Translations under genes and position numbers: made by a program
Shown here: piece after piece, positions 25,319-38,739 of the stretch
Layout of the letters: every line of letters begins with the position of its first letter
Position numbering within the stretch: position 1 is the first letter of the stretch
Origin: Octopus vulgaris
Taxonomy: Eukaryota
Assembly (NCBI GenBank): GCA_951406725.2
Contig: OX597821.1
Location: 96,534,001 to 96,598,000, forward strand
Length of the DNA stretch: 64,000 nt
Direction of reading: 5' to 3'
Notes under the pieces: generated by a model
What the model was told of the DNA's origin: nothing
The model's database searches: none
What the model saw: only the letters and a program-made list of their open reading frames with translations

Positions 25319-28300
25319 TCTGTTTGACTTTTGCTTTACATTTGTACAAGTTGGCTCCAAGTCTCACCCAGAGACCTCAAGAGACAACAAGTTGAAAGTT
25401 CATGTTGGTGTTATGCCTAGGGTGCCATATATTTGGTTTTGTACTTAGTGTTGAACTAGTGAATGTCTAAAAAAAACTATACGAAAATTGTTTGTTTTAA
25501 AACTTGAGGTTACATAGGAAGTATTTCCCATGAGCACTATCTTTTGAATTTCTGCCATTTTGGGGTTTCCTGCTATCTGAGTTAGGTAGCAATCAACCCT
25601 TTTTGCTATCATTCCCAAGGCACCTATGACAACAGGTATTGTTTTAGTTTTCAGGTTCCACATTTTGCTGATTTCTATTCAAGATCTTTATATTTGCTCA
25701 GTTTCTGGTAGGTCTTGATAGATACTTTTATATCGATTGGGACAGTCCATATAAATGAGGAGGCATGTTTTTTGTCTGAAGTCTTTTACTATGATGTCTG
25801 GCCTATTCACATCTATCTTTCTGTCAGTTTGAATGGGGAAGTTCCAGAGGAGTGAGATGTGGTCATTTTCAAGCACTGGAGGTGGTTTGTGTTCCCACCA
25901 GTTTTTTTCATGGGGGAAGTCCAGGCTTTTGCAAATTACCCAGTGAATATATTGTGCAGCTCTATCATGCCTGTTGAGATACTCTGTAGGCGCAAGAAGA
26001 CTGCACTTGGAGACAACATGATCAATGGTTTTATTTTGTTGTTTACATACACGACATGTTGGGCTACTGCCGTTCTTTAATATGTTGGCCTGGTAGTTCC
26101 TTGTAGGTAGGCATTGATCTTGAACTGCTATGATAAACCCCTCTGTTTCAAATTTTAAGCCAGAAGCCATTAGCCATTGATAGGTCAGGACTTTGTCAAC
26201 ATCTGCATTATTCACTCTCTTTGGGTAATTGCCATTGAGAGGTTTTTCTTGCCATTTATCAATCAGAATATCTAAGGCAGCAGTTTTAGCACGGGTTTTC
26301 ATGCGTTTAGCTTTTTCTGTGCTTGTTTCTTCTATGTCTAATTCCGAAATTTGTTGTATTCGGAATTCACTTAAATATTCCTTTGCCTGTTTTGTTACTG
26401 AGTACGATGCTTTCTTGTTTTCATGTTTTGAGATAAGTTTTAACATCCAGTCCTCAGTGTTTTTCTGGTAGGAGTCGAGACCAATTGTAGCAATCTTCAT
26501 TGTTATTGCCAGTTGTAAAAGTCCACGGCCTCCCTCTTTTCTTGGCAGATAAAGCCGTTCTATATCTGCCTTAGGGTGGGGCATTCTATGCATTGTCAAC
26601 AGTTTTCGTATTTTTCTGTCAAGATTACATATTTCAGTAACTGACCAGTTAACGATATTCAAACTGTAAGTCACAGCTGGTATGGCTAAAGCATTGATCG
26701 CTTCGATCCTGTTTCTCGCATTCAGCTCTGTCTTGAGTATTGCTCTTACTGTGCGATAAGATTCTCTCCTGGTCCTTTCCTTCATCACTGAATGCCTTAT
26801 TCCGTCCCCTTCAATTACCCCTAGGTACTTGTAGCTCTCCGCTGGGTCTAACTCTTTTATGAAATTCTGCTGGTCAAGGTTAACGTTAGATGTTTCTCTC
26901 ATTTTCCTTTGATAAATGTAGCTTTTGCACATTTATCGAGGCCAAATTGCATTCTGATGTCATCACTGAATTGTTTAACAATCGCTAGTAAGCCCTTGAG
27001 TTGTTGGTCATTTTTTGCAAAGAGCTTTGAATCATCCATGTAAATGAGATGATTTATATTTTTATCAAGCATTTTATATCCGTACTGTGCGTCATTGAGC
27101 AATTTTGAGAAAGGCTAAACAAAAGAGGAGTGGTGATAGTGAGTCATCCTGGAAAATGCCGCATGAGATGTTTACATCACCAGCATTTAGAGATTCATCG
27201 TCACTGTTCAAAGTTAGTGTTCTTCTCCATGATCTCATACTTACAGACAAAAAGTTTCGCAGAGTAGGCACTATTTTATACATTTCCAGGCATTTCTTAA
27301 TCCAGCTATGTAGCAGGTTATCAAAAGCCCTTTTATAGTCTATCCAGGCTATTGACAAGTTTTTGTGTCGTTTGTGACAATCTTCTAAGACCATCTTATT
27401 GATGAGAAGCTGATCTTTACAACCATAGGATCCACGTTTACATCCTTTTTGCTCATCAGAAAATTTGCTGCTATCTATTAAAAAAACTATAGGTATATTC
27501 CGTCAGGACAGATGTCAGCGTTTTATACATAGTTGTTAAGCAGGTTATAGGTCTATGGTTTTTTGGTTCATTTGTTTCTTCACTTTTTGGAAGCAGGAAT
27601 GTTAAGCCATTTACTAGCCAAGGAGGCATCCTACTAGGGTGTTGCAAAACATCATTGTAAAGTTCTGGGAAGGCATTCAACAAGAAGTTAGGAATTTTAT
27701 CCTTTCCTGGAGACTTCCATTTGCTTGACCTCCTGAGAGCAGATCTTATATCTTCTACCTTGACACCCTCCCACTTTTGCTCCTCTAAGGAGTCCAAGTC
27801 TGTAGATATTCTATCAATCCAAGGGGCCTTTTGGTTGTGTGTCTTTTCTTCTGCCCAAATTTTATTCCAAAATTTCTGCACTTCTTTTGATGGTACAGAC
27901 TTTACAGTAACTGGTGTTTTCCCTATGTTCCTGTACAAACTTTTGGGGTTATTTTTTAACATGTTGTTGTCCTTGAAGAATCTAATACGCTTTTCATACC
28001 ACGCTATGCAGGCAGCTTTAGCAGATACCTTTTGCTTGATGGTTTCTATGATGGCATCAATATCAAGTATAGTTTCCATATTATATTTTTTCTTTAATTT
28101 TTGGGTTTTTGTAGGTTTGGTAGTCTTGTCAACCTTAAGGTTTTTCAAACATTCAATGTCAGACCTAAGTAGTTTAATTTGTTGTTGGATACGCCCTTGC
28201 CAAGAAGGCTTTTTGTGGGAATATTGTCGTTTTCTAATCTTTTCATCACGTAGAATCGTTGAGATTTTACGCGGATGCATAGTACAGGTGGTTGAGATCT

Positions 28301-29100
28301 GTGATATCCAAATCATTAGCTGAAATTATATCCTTAAGTGCAAGGTAGAGTTTTACCAATTATTTTCATGTTTTGGTTAGAGTTGCGGATTTTAGGGAGT
28401 GTATCACGTTCATCCATGCTGGTTTCTTTAATTTTCAGCCATTCAATCATTTGATATTTTAGCTCATGTAGTTCTGTTGGGTCAATATTTGTGTGACTTT
28501 CTTCATCTATTTGATGTTCCTCTGTCTTAATGTTTATGATTGGTTCAGGGAGTATTTCCCTTTGCCTATCAATTATACTAACTCTTTCAATCCTTATTGC
28601 ATTTTTATCAGCCCTGGGCTGATCTATAATTGTTTCTTTTGCATTATCTTTAGCTGCAGTTTCGTTCTTTTTATCCGTTACTGCTTGTTTAAATTGGTCA
28701 ATCTCTACTTCAGTCAATAATTTTTTTTTTGTAATGTTTCTTCCGACGTTGGCAAGTTTGTTACTGTCTATGTAGGGTCTTACTTCAGGGAGTTTCTGTC
28801 TCCAGTTTAAGTAGGTTTGTACAGTATTAGGTTTATCTATGAGGAAATATATGGCATAGTAGAAGGCTGTAAGAACTTCTTTATTATCTTCCCTGGACCA
28901 TTTTTCATTTTGTTTCTTTTGGTTATTTGATGACGTGCATGGATGACTATCTGTTGGAATATGCATGAGGAGAAGCTAATTAGCAAGTTATAAAGGCAAC
29001 CAGGGAAAGTATTGCAAGCGACGACATATGCTAGGAATCCTACAACGTAAAACATGAAGATATATTGTCAAAGAGCTAGAGCTAGAGCTCAAAAGCAGAA
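25319..29100 (-). mobile_element. Near full-length R4/Dong-like LINE, pseudogenised by frameshifts and stops
   Basis: N-terminal KWSREDNKEVL..NKLAN; RT motifs [63 protein letters not shown]; CRVC..HVVSKC, RHD, RPDIIV; 3' end abuts (TAA)n; 5' boundary approximate. Confidence 0.93.
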
Positions 29101-29639
29101 GGGGACAAAAGCTGCTTGATGAGTGGCGAGGCGGAACGAGGAAACAAAATTACAATATGGTCTTGGATAGGAACAAGCTACGCGGTTTCCAGTCTTTGTA
29201 TTCCTTCTTTTACAGACCACTTTAGATGACAATCTTGCTTCTTCATCGCCGAACGAGACTTCTGATTCTGAAATAAATATAATAGTTGCGGGGAGAGGTG
29301 AGCTTGTGTTAGAATGTGCGTTCGTGTTTGTGCTTTGCTATGGAGGAATAGGGAGGGCAAACTTGGAGGTTTTCTTTGAGAGAACAATCTGTAAGCGGAT
29401 CTGTTGTTATTTTGCGCTGTTGCTCTTGTAGTTGTTGTTGCTTCTTCTGTAGTAGGTGTTGCTCTTGTGGCTGTTGTTGCACTTGTGGTCATTGTTGCTT
29501 CTTCTGTAGTAGTTGCTTCTGATTTTATTACTGAGCCTGTTCTTGCTATAATTATTGTCTCTTCTGTTTTCTGCTGCTAGTGCAGCGTTTAAAACAGCGT
29601 TTGAAAGCAAAACTGAAACTAGCTGCTACGAAGGCAGAT

Positions 29640-29900
29640 TACCAAGAGAAATGATCGATTCCATTGAACGCTTTTGACTGATCCCTTTTGATCAGAGCCT
29701 TATTAAAGCCAGGTGTGTCACCTACTCTCTCTACAACGAATTGTATAGAAGTGAAGTTTGCTGTAGATACAACTCTTCGGAATGAGCTTTTCTGATGAAA
29801 CTACCTGCGATAAGTATCAATCTCTTTGCTAGCTGCTTGGCCCAAATCTTATACTGTATATTCAGCAAAGTTATAGGTCGGAAAATATCGATTACCCCTC
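29640..29900 (-). pseudogene. L1/Tx1-like reverse transcriptase fragment
   Basis: Minus strand IDIFRPITLLNIQYKIWAKQLAKRL and RDQSKAFNGIDH, similar to IDNFRPITLLNADLKILAKVLSNRL / LDQSKAFDRVDH at 63.7-63.9 kb. Confidence 0.7.
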
Positions 29901-30730
29901 TCTGGTTTGCAACCCTCTTTGGCAGCGCTGTTGCTTATCGTTTCACAGAAGTGAGAATTTTCACGTCTGTCAAGACGTCACCTTACAACTCTGGCATATA
30001 CGTAAATCTCATGGGACGAGAAAACAGTGAATTTTAATTCTTTATATTTCCCGTCGTCATCGTCATTGTTATTCTGTGGATGAGTGAGGACTGGCTCTTT
30101 TTCTCTATTTTTTTCCTGTTGTGATTTGATTTGCTTTTGGGGACATTTTTACACCAAACCCCTTCGTTTTCTCCAGACGATGCAGTAGTGGTGATGCTGT
30201 TAATTAGGATAAGGAGACCGAGTTCTGCATATTGGCTTTCAAAACTGAGCACGAGGTGACTTTATCCGCCATCTTTGGAACAGTGACTCGCGATGTTCTG
30301 AGTGAGTGGGATTTGTTGTTGCTATGAAAAAAAAACACATCATGCCCTTTCTTTCAATGTCAACGCTTATCGCGGTTGCTGGGTCGGTCATTCGGATACC
30401 TGATCATCTTCCTGGACCTAGAAGGACGTCATCTTCTCAGCTAATTCCGAAGCTTCAACTGGTGATGCTACTGGAACGTTAGCTCCGGACCCTGTTTTTG
30501 TTCTTATAAAATTTCCCTCTTCATAACTCCTAGGGGTTGAAAGACCTCAAGTAGCTCTTCCTATCACAGTTAATCTTTATATATTGGGGTACGAGTCAAT
30601 GAAAGTGTCTTTTATGTATTATTTCTGCCTGCTGTTTCTCACTTGGTTTCGGTTTGGAATATATTAAGGACTTAGTTATATTGATATATTGGAATATAGG
30701 AATGTGGTTATATAGGCGTGTAGTAATGTG

Positions 30731-31065
30731 TGAAGGCGCATGGCTCAGTGGTTAGAGCGTCGAGCTTACGATTGTGAGGTTGTGAGTTCGATTCCTGGAC
30801 CGGGCTGCGTGTTGTGTTCTTGAGCAAGATACTTTATTTCACGTTGCTCCAGTTAACTCAGCTGTAAAAATGAGCTGCGACGTTACTGGTGCCAAGCTGT
30901 ATCGGCTTTTGCCTTTCCCTTGGATAACATCAGTGGTGTGGAGAGGAGAGGTCGGTATGCATGGGCGACTGTTGGTCTTTCATAAACAACCTTACCCGGA
31001 CTTGTGCCTCGGAGGGTAACTTTCTAGGTGCAATCTCATGGTCATTCATGACCGAAGGGGGTCTA
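30731..31065 (+). mobile_element. tRNA-headed SINE, family C
   Basis: tgaaggcgcatggctcagtggttagagcg...gagttcgattcc...gtgttcttgagcaagatacttt...tcatgaccgaagggggtct; reverse-complement match to 3544-3878. Confidence 0.87.
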
Positions 31066-31926
31066 AGAAGTGATATTGCAATGTGGCTATGCTAGAATAT
31101 TGGGATGTGGTTATATTCCAAAGTTCGCGTTGGTTGGATTTGAACTCAGAACGAATACAGCCTCAACAAATATTGCAAAACATTTTTCCAAAAGATTCTA
31201 TAAACCCATTACTCTTTTATCTAGGAATAATGTTGCCCAACAAAATATTACAATAGGTACAACAAAAAATCATCGAAGGAGAATTTTTTTTCATCGCTCG
31301 ATCTACAAAAAGTCGCGGCCAAATCTCCATTAAATCACACACCTTAAAAGGTGTTTGAAAAGTAGACTGGAATGGTCGTGGTTACAGCGCCTTTGATAAA
31401 AGATTTACTTGATAGAGCCGAGATGGGGGTTAAACAACGATCCCAATAGAAAGAAAAGCAAAGTTGAACTCAGTGGGATTTGAACTGAGAAAATATAGAA
31501 CACGTCGGGGACTACAGAACTAATCTACTGCTGCTCATTACACATCAAATCAGTAGAGTAAGGTGTATTAATAGAACTACTGATAAGTAACTTAGAGTAC
31601 AGCAAACATGATGACGATGAAATAGTATATAAATAGTAAAGAAACAAAATGGCAAAAATATGACATGAAATATACTGATAAATAAATGGACAGATAAATA
31701 GGACTGCTGTCCCTTATGGGTCCCTCATTAATTTATCTGCTTATTTTTAGTTTATAAATTTTAATGTCATTATCACCATCTCCCCTCGCTCTACTTATCG
31801 ATAGATCTTTTTTTTATTATTTATTTATTTTATGTTATCGTTTAATTCTTTTTAACATTTTACTGTTTCACCATCATCGCTATCAATATTTCACTATCCC
31901 TTAATATTTCATTAATTTATTTATTC

Positions 31927-31995
<69 letters not shown>

Positions 31996-32123
31996 ACTTT
32001 TCTCTATAATTGGTTTATAATGAATTGCATTAACTTAGTTTTGGGTGTCCCCAACATCTCAAGAAAGAAAAATATTGCTTTTTGTTGGACTAACTGCTTT
32101 CGTAACACACACACAAACACACA

Positions 32124-32172
<49 letters not shown>

Positions 32173-33199
32173 GCAATGTTCTAGTAATTTTATGGATAAA
32201 CTTTTTGCTTCATTTCTGAGATACAACTCACTCGGAAATTCTTCAGGTGATATAGAACCAGTCGCAGTTTGCTCGAAAAATTGCGAAATATAAACTGAGA
32301 TTAATAAAGCCATGACAATGCCGTCTGAAATAAATTCAATATAAATGAGAACAAAGGGGATATTTTAAACTTTACTATCTTTAATACTTTTAGCGAAAAT
32401 GCCCCTAGTAATAGAGAGAGGAATACCGAAGAAATATATTATACTGTCAGGCTCTGAGGCCTGTAAAATCTTTAAGTTTGTCATTGTTGAAGAAGTAGTG
32501 TTGTGTTTTGCATTACACGTTTTCTTAGTAAAAACCATGAATGTACGAAGAATAGTCTTAGTAAAAACTATGAATGTATAAAGAATAGACAAAGTGAAAT
32601 CGTGTTTTGGGTTGCGTTGTGATTGGTGGATGTGATCAAATTAACGAGTGCGTTTAATTCAGCTCCTGTTAGTAGCTTGTTGGTGGTAGGTTTTAATTTG
32701 TTGAAAAATGTCTCTTTGATCTGCAAGCTCCTAGAATTTCGATCTGCGGCTCTGATAGTAACAAAACTACTCCGGCTCTGGCATTTATCTATACGTTTCA
32801 TGGCCGATGAGGCACATGTGTAGATGTGTTTTTGATACGGATATACAGGTAACTAATAGTGCTATCGATGTAGAATATGTCGTATTTAGTATCCCTACAT
32901 AATAAATTACCACGCTGTAACGCAAACAATGTAATATTTCATTACACCCAAATTGGACAACAATATACCACGCTACAATAAGACACCCTACAATATAATA
33001 TGTCATAGTATCCCCACAGTATATCACACAAACGCAAGCACACATCGTAGTCTCTGTATACTGGATCTCACAAGTAAAACTGAGGTAATTTTAATTGTGG
33101 TTCAAGAAAGTGAAATATGTGTTGATCACGATGACGCGTAGAGTTGATAGCTGTCTGAGAGGATGAGCCAGACACAGTGCAGGATAAAATAGATGACTG

Positions 33200-33977
33200 T
33201 TTCAAATTTTGGCACAAGGCCAGTAATTTTGTAAAGGGAGAGGGGTAGTCGATTACATCGAGTCCAGTGCTCAGCTGGCACTTATTTTATTGACCCTAAA
33301 GGGTGAAAGACAAAGTAAACCTCGGCGGAATGTGAGATTACGGAACGTAATGAGTCGGAAGAAATGCCGCTAAGTATCTTGTCCGATGCGCTAACGAGAT
33401 AATCTTTTCTACTCTACGATCAAGGCTCGAAATTTTGGTGGAGGAGCCAGTCGATTATATAGACCCCAGTAAGCAACTTGTACTTAATATATCGAACCCG
33501 AAAGAATGAAAGTCAAAGTCGACCACAGCGGAATTTGAACTCAGAGCATAAAGACAGACGAAATACCTATTTCTTTACTACCCACAAGGGGCTAAACACA
33601 GAGAGAACAAACAAGGATAGAAACACGGATTAAGTCGATTATATTGACCCCCAGTGCGTAACTGGTACTTATTTAATCGACCCCGAAAGGATGAAAGGCA
33701 AAGTCGATCTCGACGGAATTTGAACTCAGAACATAAAGACAGACGAAATACCTATTTCTATTTCTTTACTACAAACAAGGGGTTAAACACAGAGGGGACA
33801 AACAAGGACAGACAAACGGATTAAGTCGATTACATCAACCTCAGTGCGTAACTGGTACTCAATTTATCGACCTCGAAAGGGTGAAAAGCAGAATTTGAAC
33901 TCAGAATGTAACGGCAGACGAAATACGGCTACGCATTTCGCCCGGCGTGCTAACGTTTCTGCCAGCTAGTCGCCTTG
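33200..33977 (-). mobile_element. Head-to-tail multimer (about 4 units) of SINE family A
   Basis: Repeated gaaaggatgaaaggcaaagtcga...aatttgaactcaga units, two with an alternative tail (cccacaaggggctaaacacagag...acaaacaagga). Confidence 0.88.
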
Positions 33978-34237
33978 CGCTAGCGAGATAATGAAGCCAG
34001 CAAGCCGGCAAGTCAGCCAGTTGGTTGACGACTTGAAGAATAAGTATGGAGGGTAGAGAGATAAAGTCAAGGATAAAGACAAATCTGATATAGCTTAGTG
34101 TAATAAATTTAAGCTTCTGGAGTTTTTAAACGATTGTCGTTAAGTCTTTGGAGGTGTTTGGAAAAGGTTTGAGTATAGGCTTGAGAATGTCAGGAACGAA
34201 CCAGAAAAAATTGCATGTCATTGTAGGCGAAAGACTA

Positions 34238-34560
34238 TAGACGCCGGCGTGGCAGTGTTGAAGCTTGCTTCCTAACTATGTGGTCTTCGGTTCAGCCCCA
34301 CTGCGTGGCACCTTGGATAAGTGTCCTCTACTATAGCATCGGGAAAAAGAAAGCCATGTGAGTGGATTCGGTAGACAGAAACTGAAAGAAACTGGCCTTG
34401 TGTAGGTATGTGTGTGTGTGTGCTTGTGTGTCTGTGTGCTTGTCTGTCTGTGTGTTTGTGTTTGTGTTCATGTGTAGTTGTTTTTGACTTGTGTTTATCC
34501 ACTACCAGCGTTAACTACTGGTGTTGGCTTGCTTACGTCTCCATATCCTAGCAGTTCTGC
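34238..34560 (+). mobile_element. SINE family B
   Basis: ggttcagccccactgcgtggcaccttggataagtgtc...gtagacagaaactgaaagaa plus microsatellite. Confidence 0.75.
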
Positions 34561-34902
34561 ACTTGAAAAAACATGAAGATCACGGTTGAGACGCCTTTAA
34601 CAATACGTTTATTCGATCAAGGCTGTCTGGAGCTATTCACCAACAACACCTGCCTCATTACATAGCAATATACTACAATAAAATAATGGTCACACTTAAC
34701 TTCAATCTACCACATTGTACAACATACAACACTATACTATAAAACGCGCATAAACACAGAATGCAGTGTAATTTGTTGTTGATGTCCGTATAACTGAAAC
34801 AAATTGAATTCAATTCCAAACAGAATATGAAGGATATTAGTTGTTTGCTCTTTCATATACAGTAATCAGTTCTCGTTCATATACACCAATATATATATAC
34901 AG

Positions 34903-34933
<31 letters not shown>

Positions 34934-35332
34934 TAGGGGATAAAGAACGTATCATGAAAGGTCAGAAAACCAGCTGTCACAGTAGACAGATCAGGTCATT
35001 TCATGATTGAAGTCTCTACATTGCAATACCACATAGTAGAGTACAACATACCACATTCTACTGCAATACACCACACGAAAATATCATATTACAAAACACT
35101 ACAAAAAAGACACCATCCTATATCGCAATATATCGCATGACCCACACTATACAATACAGAGCGGTGTACTGTAGACAGACGCTAAGCGCATAGTATACAG
35201 CCTACCATATAGACCTTATGCAACGAGAGACCACATTATGTAGTATCCTCTCTGCAGTATCCCTCAAACACACTGCCCTGTATTGCTTCGTATTGTCGTT
35301 GAAGATTTAACCAACACTACACAAAATATAGG

Positions 35333-35558
35333 TTTCAAATTTTGTCACAAAGCCAGCAAATTTGGGGTGAGGGTGGGTGGGAGTAACTCAATTACATCGT
35401 CCCCAGTGTTCAACTGGTACTTATTTTATCGGCGCCGAAACCAATGAAAGGTAAAAGTCGAACTGGGCTGAATTTGAACACAACGTAAACACGGACGAAA
35501 TTATGCCGCTAAGCAATTTTCCCGCCGTACTAACGATTCTGCTAGGTCACACCGCCTT
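35333..35558 (-). mobile_element. SINE family A
   Basis: ttcaaattttgtcacaaagcc...ccccagtgttcaactggtacttattttatcg...aatttgaac. Confidence 0.75.
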
Positions 35559-35762
35559 AACATTACACAGAATATTAATATTTTGGAATACTTCTTTAAG
35601 CTACTGTGTAACAACTACACTATGTTATACGACATCGCAGCCATACTGTCTAGACCACATATACATTTCCCTGTATCATGTTATACTGAAACAAGGTATT
35701 ATATGTTACTACATTTCTTCTCTATACAGCCTTATAATTTTCTACACTTTATGTGTTTATAG

Positions 35763-35796
<34 letters not shown>

Positions 35797-36074
35797 GTGT
35801 GTGTGTGAGTGTGTGTTTGTGAGGGGTTGCTGAAGAGTTCCTATAAGCTTAAAAAAGCCTGAAGAACTGCTCTAAAAGGTGTGTGAACCTGAGAGGGGAA
35901 TATGTTGAGTAAAATCATAATTAACTGTATTTTCTTTTACCCAAAGCCAGGAACTTTTCACCATCCTCTCGTGTGTGTGTGTGTATATGTGTATGTGTGT
36001 GTGTGTGTATATGTCTGTATGTGTATGTGTGTATGTTTGTGTGTGTGTGTATATATATATGTATATATATATGC

Positions 36075-36144
<70 letters not shown>

Positions 36145-36149
<5 letters not shown>

Positions 36150-36362
36150 TAATCCAAACAAGAAAACACAAAAAAACAAAAAACACAACAACGCGAGGAC
36201 GTGGAACAAATAAAGTATTATTGGACGCTCAGGAAAGAAGGGAAGAAGGAGGGTTTAACATTTCGAGCGGAGCTCTTCGTCGGAAACATAGGAGAAGGAA
36301 AAATCCCGAGAAGGGAAGACAGAGGGGAAAAAATCGCCAGCGGTACTCACGAGGTCACATAT
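36145..36362 (-). mobile_element. Penelope-like terminal-repeat remnant in (TA)n with hammerhead-like motif (36253-36287)
   Basis: Minus strand guuu-CCGACGA-A-GAGC-ucc-GCUC-GAAAUGU-U-aaac; shares tttcctgagcgt with 53497-53685. Confidence 0.6.
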
Positions 36363-36392
36363 TGAAAAAAAAAAATATATATATATATGTAC

Positions 36393-36453
<61 letters not shown>

Positions 36454-36879
36454 CGTATGTATACTCATGTATAAATGATTACAATCCTACGTCACATTAC
36501 AGTCCCTACACTATATTTTACTTCGCTATTTTTGAATGGTTACTCGATCAAATAGAAATGGCAGCCAAATTCTCCTTCAGTTTACATCCTACAGTCTTTA
36601 CAAAAAAAAATGTCAAAATATACTATTGGATAATGATTCTGAAAAGCAACCCATAAAAGACTTGATAATCACGACTGCTGTTCTTTGATCATATGTCTTC
36701 ACGATTTAGGTACTGATCAATATCTAAGTATCCTCACTACCATCACCATCACCACCATCATCATCTTTATCAACAACAGTATCAGCAACAACAACATTTT
36801 TCTGTTGCAGTATACCAAAACTCTGTACCACTCTACGTGACACTACACAGCACTTTTTTGCACTTCACGACATTATATT

Positions 36880-37089
36880 TACTCTTTTACTCTTTTACTT
36901 GATTCAGTCATTTGACTGTGGCCATGCTGGAGCACCGCCTTTAGTCGAGCAAATCGACACCAGGACTTATTCTTTGTAAGCCTAGTACTTATTCTATCGG
37001 TCTCTTTTGCCGAACCGCTATGTTACGAGGACGTAAACACACCAGAATCGGTTGTCAAGCGATGTTGGGGGACAAACACAGACACACAA

Positions 37090-37137
<48 letters not shown>

Positions 37138-37322
37138 GTATATATATATACATATATACGACGAGTTTCTTTCAGTTTCCGTCTACCAAATCCACTCACA
37201 AGGTTTTGGTCGGCTCGAGGCTATAGTAGAAGACACTTACCCAAGATGCCACACACTGGGACTGAACCCGGAACCATGTGGTTGGTAAGCAAGCTACTTA
37301 CCACACAGTCACTCCTACGCCT
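36880..37322 (-). mobile_element. SINE family B, full length
   Basis: Close match to 18345-18757 along its whole length. Confidence 0.9.
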
Positions 37323-38037
37323 ATTTACTAATCCTTCGTCAGACTAGACTTCTTTACATTATCCTATCCCGTACTCCACACAACTACATCACACTAGATG
37401 TCTATACTAATGAACAATATATTAAACGCCCACATCACATTAGAAGACTAAAATACAATAGTAATGTTTGAATAAAGGTCAGAATGGTCACAGTTGAAAT
37501 GCTTTGGGCCATAAATATCTGCACAAGATAAAACAAGTCTACATAGCATTATACGTCTACAATATGAGCCAACGACTGTGCTTCTACCAGGTTTCTCAAC
37601 ATCGTAGAAATGATACTGAAACCCACCTCAAATCACATCACATTTTACAATCTTAAAAACGAACTCACTGAATAATTTAGTCCAAGATACACTATACTTA
37701 TAACTAAACACACGGTGTTTATCTTTTTTATATTTTGTGGGATATATATTTGATCATAAGTCTGGTGGAACATGGCTGACTTGGGGCAACACAACAACAA
37801 GCGAGGACGACGGCAACAACAACAACATATATACTTTATATGTTCATGTAAGATTTCTAAAGCTGTTACAGCTAATAAATATTACAACAACAACAATAAC
37901 AGGAGCAGCGAAAATACCCACCAGCAACAACACCAGTAACAATAAAAACAAGCCGATCTACTAGACACAGCAGCCAAATCTTCCTCTTATCATACTCTAG
38001 GTTCTCTTCTAAGGGATAATGTAGTCCTAGATGCACC

Positions 38038-38144
<107 letters not shown>

Positions 38145-38334
38145 GCATGTATGTATTCAGCGTGACCTTTTGAAATGCAGGTGCTGCTCATTTTTGCCAG
38201 CTGAATGCACAGCAATAACTGGAAATAAAGTGTCTTGCTCAAGGACAAAAGCATCGGACACTCGGTTGTAGGATCGCGGTTTCTTTTCCCAGACCAGGCG
38301 GTGTGATTGTTTATTGAACGTAAACACCTAAACG

Positions 38335-38382
<48 letters not shown>

Positions 38383-38388
38383 TGTATG

Positions 38389-38438
<50 letters not shown>

Positions 38439-38451
38439 AATGTATGTATGA

Positions 38452-38507
<56 letters not shown>

Positions 38508-38624
38508 GTGTATATATATATATATATGCAAAAAAGGGTGGAATATGATTAATTTAATAAAATTAATAAATTTCACCAAGTAGATTTATCGGTATGGAAA
38601 AGACCATATTTGGTAAGGGTTATA

Positions 38625-38739
38625 ATAATTATAATTAAGGGTTAATTGCAACAAGTTGCTCAAAACCACATACCGAAAATATTAGAAATAGCAGCCAAAA
38701 TTGAGCAACTTGTTGCAATTAACCCTTAATTATAATTAT
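38625..38739. repeat. Perfect inverted repeat, 39-bp arms and 37-nt loop
   Basis: 38625-38663 ataattataattaagggttaattgcaacaagttgctcaa is the reverse complement of 38701-38739. Confidence 0.92.

Noticed and set aside
29178-29610. Thr/Asn-rich host ORFs
   Set aside because: Low complexity and sandwiched between LINE fragments; more likely LINE ORF1 or UTR debris
30731-30805. tRNA gene (also at 3.8, 46.6, 47.0, 50.9, 55.0 and 56.2 kb)
   Set aside because: A/B boxes are present, but each continues into a multicopy SINE body, several with TSDs, and no proper cloverleaf is evident
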